From Rhodosorus marinus CCMP1338 (lineage: Eukaryota > Plantae > Rhodophyta): a DNA stretch of 64,000 bases. Shown here one piece after another: positions 62,307 through 64,000 of the stretch. The notes under the pieces are model-generated. The model had not been told where the DNA came from. It did not search any database and was given only the letters and a program-made list of their open reading frames with translations. Location of the stretch: positions 2,108,001 to 2,172,000 of the forward strand of contig JAMWBK010000004.1 of NCBI GenBank assembly GCA_029953675.1, in the 5' to 3' direction. A program made the translations under genes and the position numbers. The stretch's first letter is position 1, and the number at the start of each line of letters is the position of its first letter.

Positions 62307-64000
62307 TCATATAAAATCGTCGTCAAGTTTCGTATCAACCTTTTTGGGCTTCGTCTTCACTGCCTCCTCATCTTCGGCGGCCATAGAGAAAAGCCAATCA
62401 AGTGATACCTCCTCCTTCGATTCTTCCTCGTCCTTAGCGGCCGTGTTCTCGATTGGCACTTTCGTGTCCTTCGCATGCCCTGAACCGGTCCCCTTCGCTG
62501 GAGGACGAGTACGATCGTCTTCGGATACCATGGAGAACAGCAAATCGAGTGGCACATCTTCATCTTCTAATGCTGCTTTAGCATCTGCTTCATCTATATC
62601 GTCTTCCAAATCGAGGTCGTCCAGGCCTTCGAGCTCACTAAGCTCATCGCCGTCGTCATCTACCTCGAATTCCTCGGCCAGCGTCCCGTCCTCGTTGAAC
62701 AAGTCTGCGATCTCTGTGTCGAGACGAAGATTCAAATCGTCCTCTTCGTCCTCTAACTCAGACTCATTATCCACCTCATCCTCATCCTCTAAGACGTCTT
62801 CAAGGTCCAAGAACCCATCCTCGCCTTCATCGTCAAAGCCCAGCAACTCTGTTCGGGAATCACCCTCCTCCGCCAAGCCGGCTTTGAGGAAGTTGATGTC
62901 GTCATCCTCTTCCTCGTTTTCGTCTGCTGCTGCTTGAGGTGCGAGCGGATCATCGAGCTCGTCCTCATCCTCATCTTCGATGATCAAGTCTTCTTCAAAG
63001 CCCTGATGGTCGGACGGAAGATCTTCAAGTTCGTCACTGTCCATTAAGGGTGCAAGACCCAATGAGTCAAGATCATTGGCCGGGACTGGAGCCTTCTTGA
63101 ACCAGGTTTTCGAATCCGTCACCTTTGTCCTCGAACGCCGATCCTGGAAGTCCGACTCGCCAGGATCTTCGTCCGGAATAGACTGGTCGATTCTCTGCAA
63201 AAATTCCTCATCACTGACATCATCATCCTCTTCTGTACTCGGGTGTTCGGTGAAGTCCTTCAGAACTGACAGCAACTGCTTGTCTTCACTTCCCTCGAGT
63301 TTGGCTGAAGCTGCATCAACGCGGGATACGTCTTCCCCTTCTTCAAAACCATCATCATCCGTTTCTGATCCAACGAAGTCTTCCGACTTGTCTTCTGTGA
63401 GCAGATTGCCCTCGTCATCTTCGTTCTCAAGCCGGACAACATCATAGGGCAAGTTCTGCTTCAAAGTTCTGTTGAACATCTTCAAAGCCACAGTCACCTG
63501 GCGACCAGAGAACGTATCAGCCAAATTGGAAAAGGAAAAAACCAATTGTAGCCACTCGGAACATTCTTACCTTGCCTTGACGGGGAAGAGTCTGCTTCAC
63601 CACTCCAGTGCACCCGCCATACGGCCCAGACTTCACAACTATAACATCACCCTTCTTGAAGTCTCTATTACGACGACGCAGTTTCTTCATGTTTACGTTG
63701 GACAAACCTTCCACTTGGCCCAGAATCTCATCCAACTGAGAGAAAGCAGGTTGGAAGAAAAAGAACGCAGTTGCTATCAGCACAGGAAGCTCGAGCAGGC
63801 AGATCTCCCCTTCCCCCCCCCCCCACCCCCCACCAAAGGTCAAGTCCATCTTTTTCATCCCTACCTCATCCGTTCCATCCTCGGGACTCCGCTCCTTGAC
63901 TTCCATTTGATCAAAACTGACCTCCTCTTCTGTTATTCGATTTAGCACAAAGACTTTCACAGTAGCCTAGATCATGAGGGCAACTCGCTTAGCCACGGTG
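62307..64000 (-). CDS. NusG-like protein with at least two KOW/CTD modules and a long acidic tail (5' end beyond the window)
   Basis: KGDVIVVKSGPYGGCTGVVKQ...GK|VTVALKMFNRT is a NusG CTD; the upstream exon ATVKVFVLNRITEEEVSFDQME resembles another CTD end; roughly 380 aa D/E-rich tail. Confidence 0.72.

Noticed and set aside
7664-64000. Apparent clustering of gene-expression and ubiquitin genes (HDAC, XRN2, RPC9, EAF, USP, F-box, RING, makorin)
   Set aside because: These classes are abundant in compact algal genomes, and no shared motif or operon-like arrangement was seen.
1-64000. tRNA, rRNA, snRNA and telomerase-template candidates
   Set aside because: No cloverleaf with A/B boxes and no U1/U2/U5/U6 or SRP signatures were found by eye. 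A tRNAscan/Infernal run would be needed to exclude them fully.

Overview
Gene-dense eukaryotic nuclear DNA with short GT-AG introns (about 60-210 bp). The host is plastid-bearing (MGDG synthase, plant-type peroxisomal hydroxypyruvate reductase, an MAFV-type transit peptide, a CBM20 starch-binding module) and is most likely a unicellular red alga; that assignment is inference. About 21 recognisable genes could be rebuilt by hand-splicing: histidine phosphatase-like (5' truncated), HPR, FUN14, MAK-like kinase, class I HDAC with a very long acidic tail, a methyltransferase-CBM20 fusion, USP36-like, XRN2, MGD, RPC9, F-box+SPOC, double HVA22/TB2, Nudix23-like, PPR, organellar-type uS12, RING-H2, EAF, M17 aminopeptidase, makorin, RbgA-like GTPase and a tandem-KOW NusG-like protein (5' end outside the window). 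No intact transposon, CRISPR array, rRNA or tRNA was seen. The best candidates for novelty are: (1) an in-frame spliced SAM methyltransferase + starch-binding CBM20 protein with a Trp/Pro-Lys repeat N-terminus, which the ORF track splits; (2) an F-box + SPOC protein visible only after splicing; (3) a recurring C/A-rich | AT-rich | G/T-rich divergent-promoter architecture that also points to several orphan or decayed transcription units; (4) a perfect 16-bp hairpin next to a possible pseudoknot at about 62.0-62.2 kb. All family calls come from motif recognition by eye; no searches were run.
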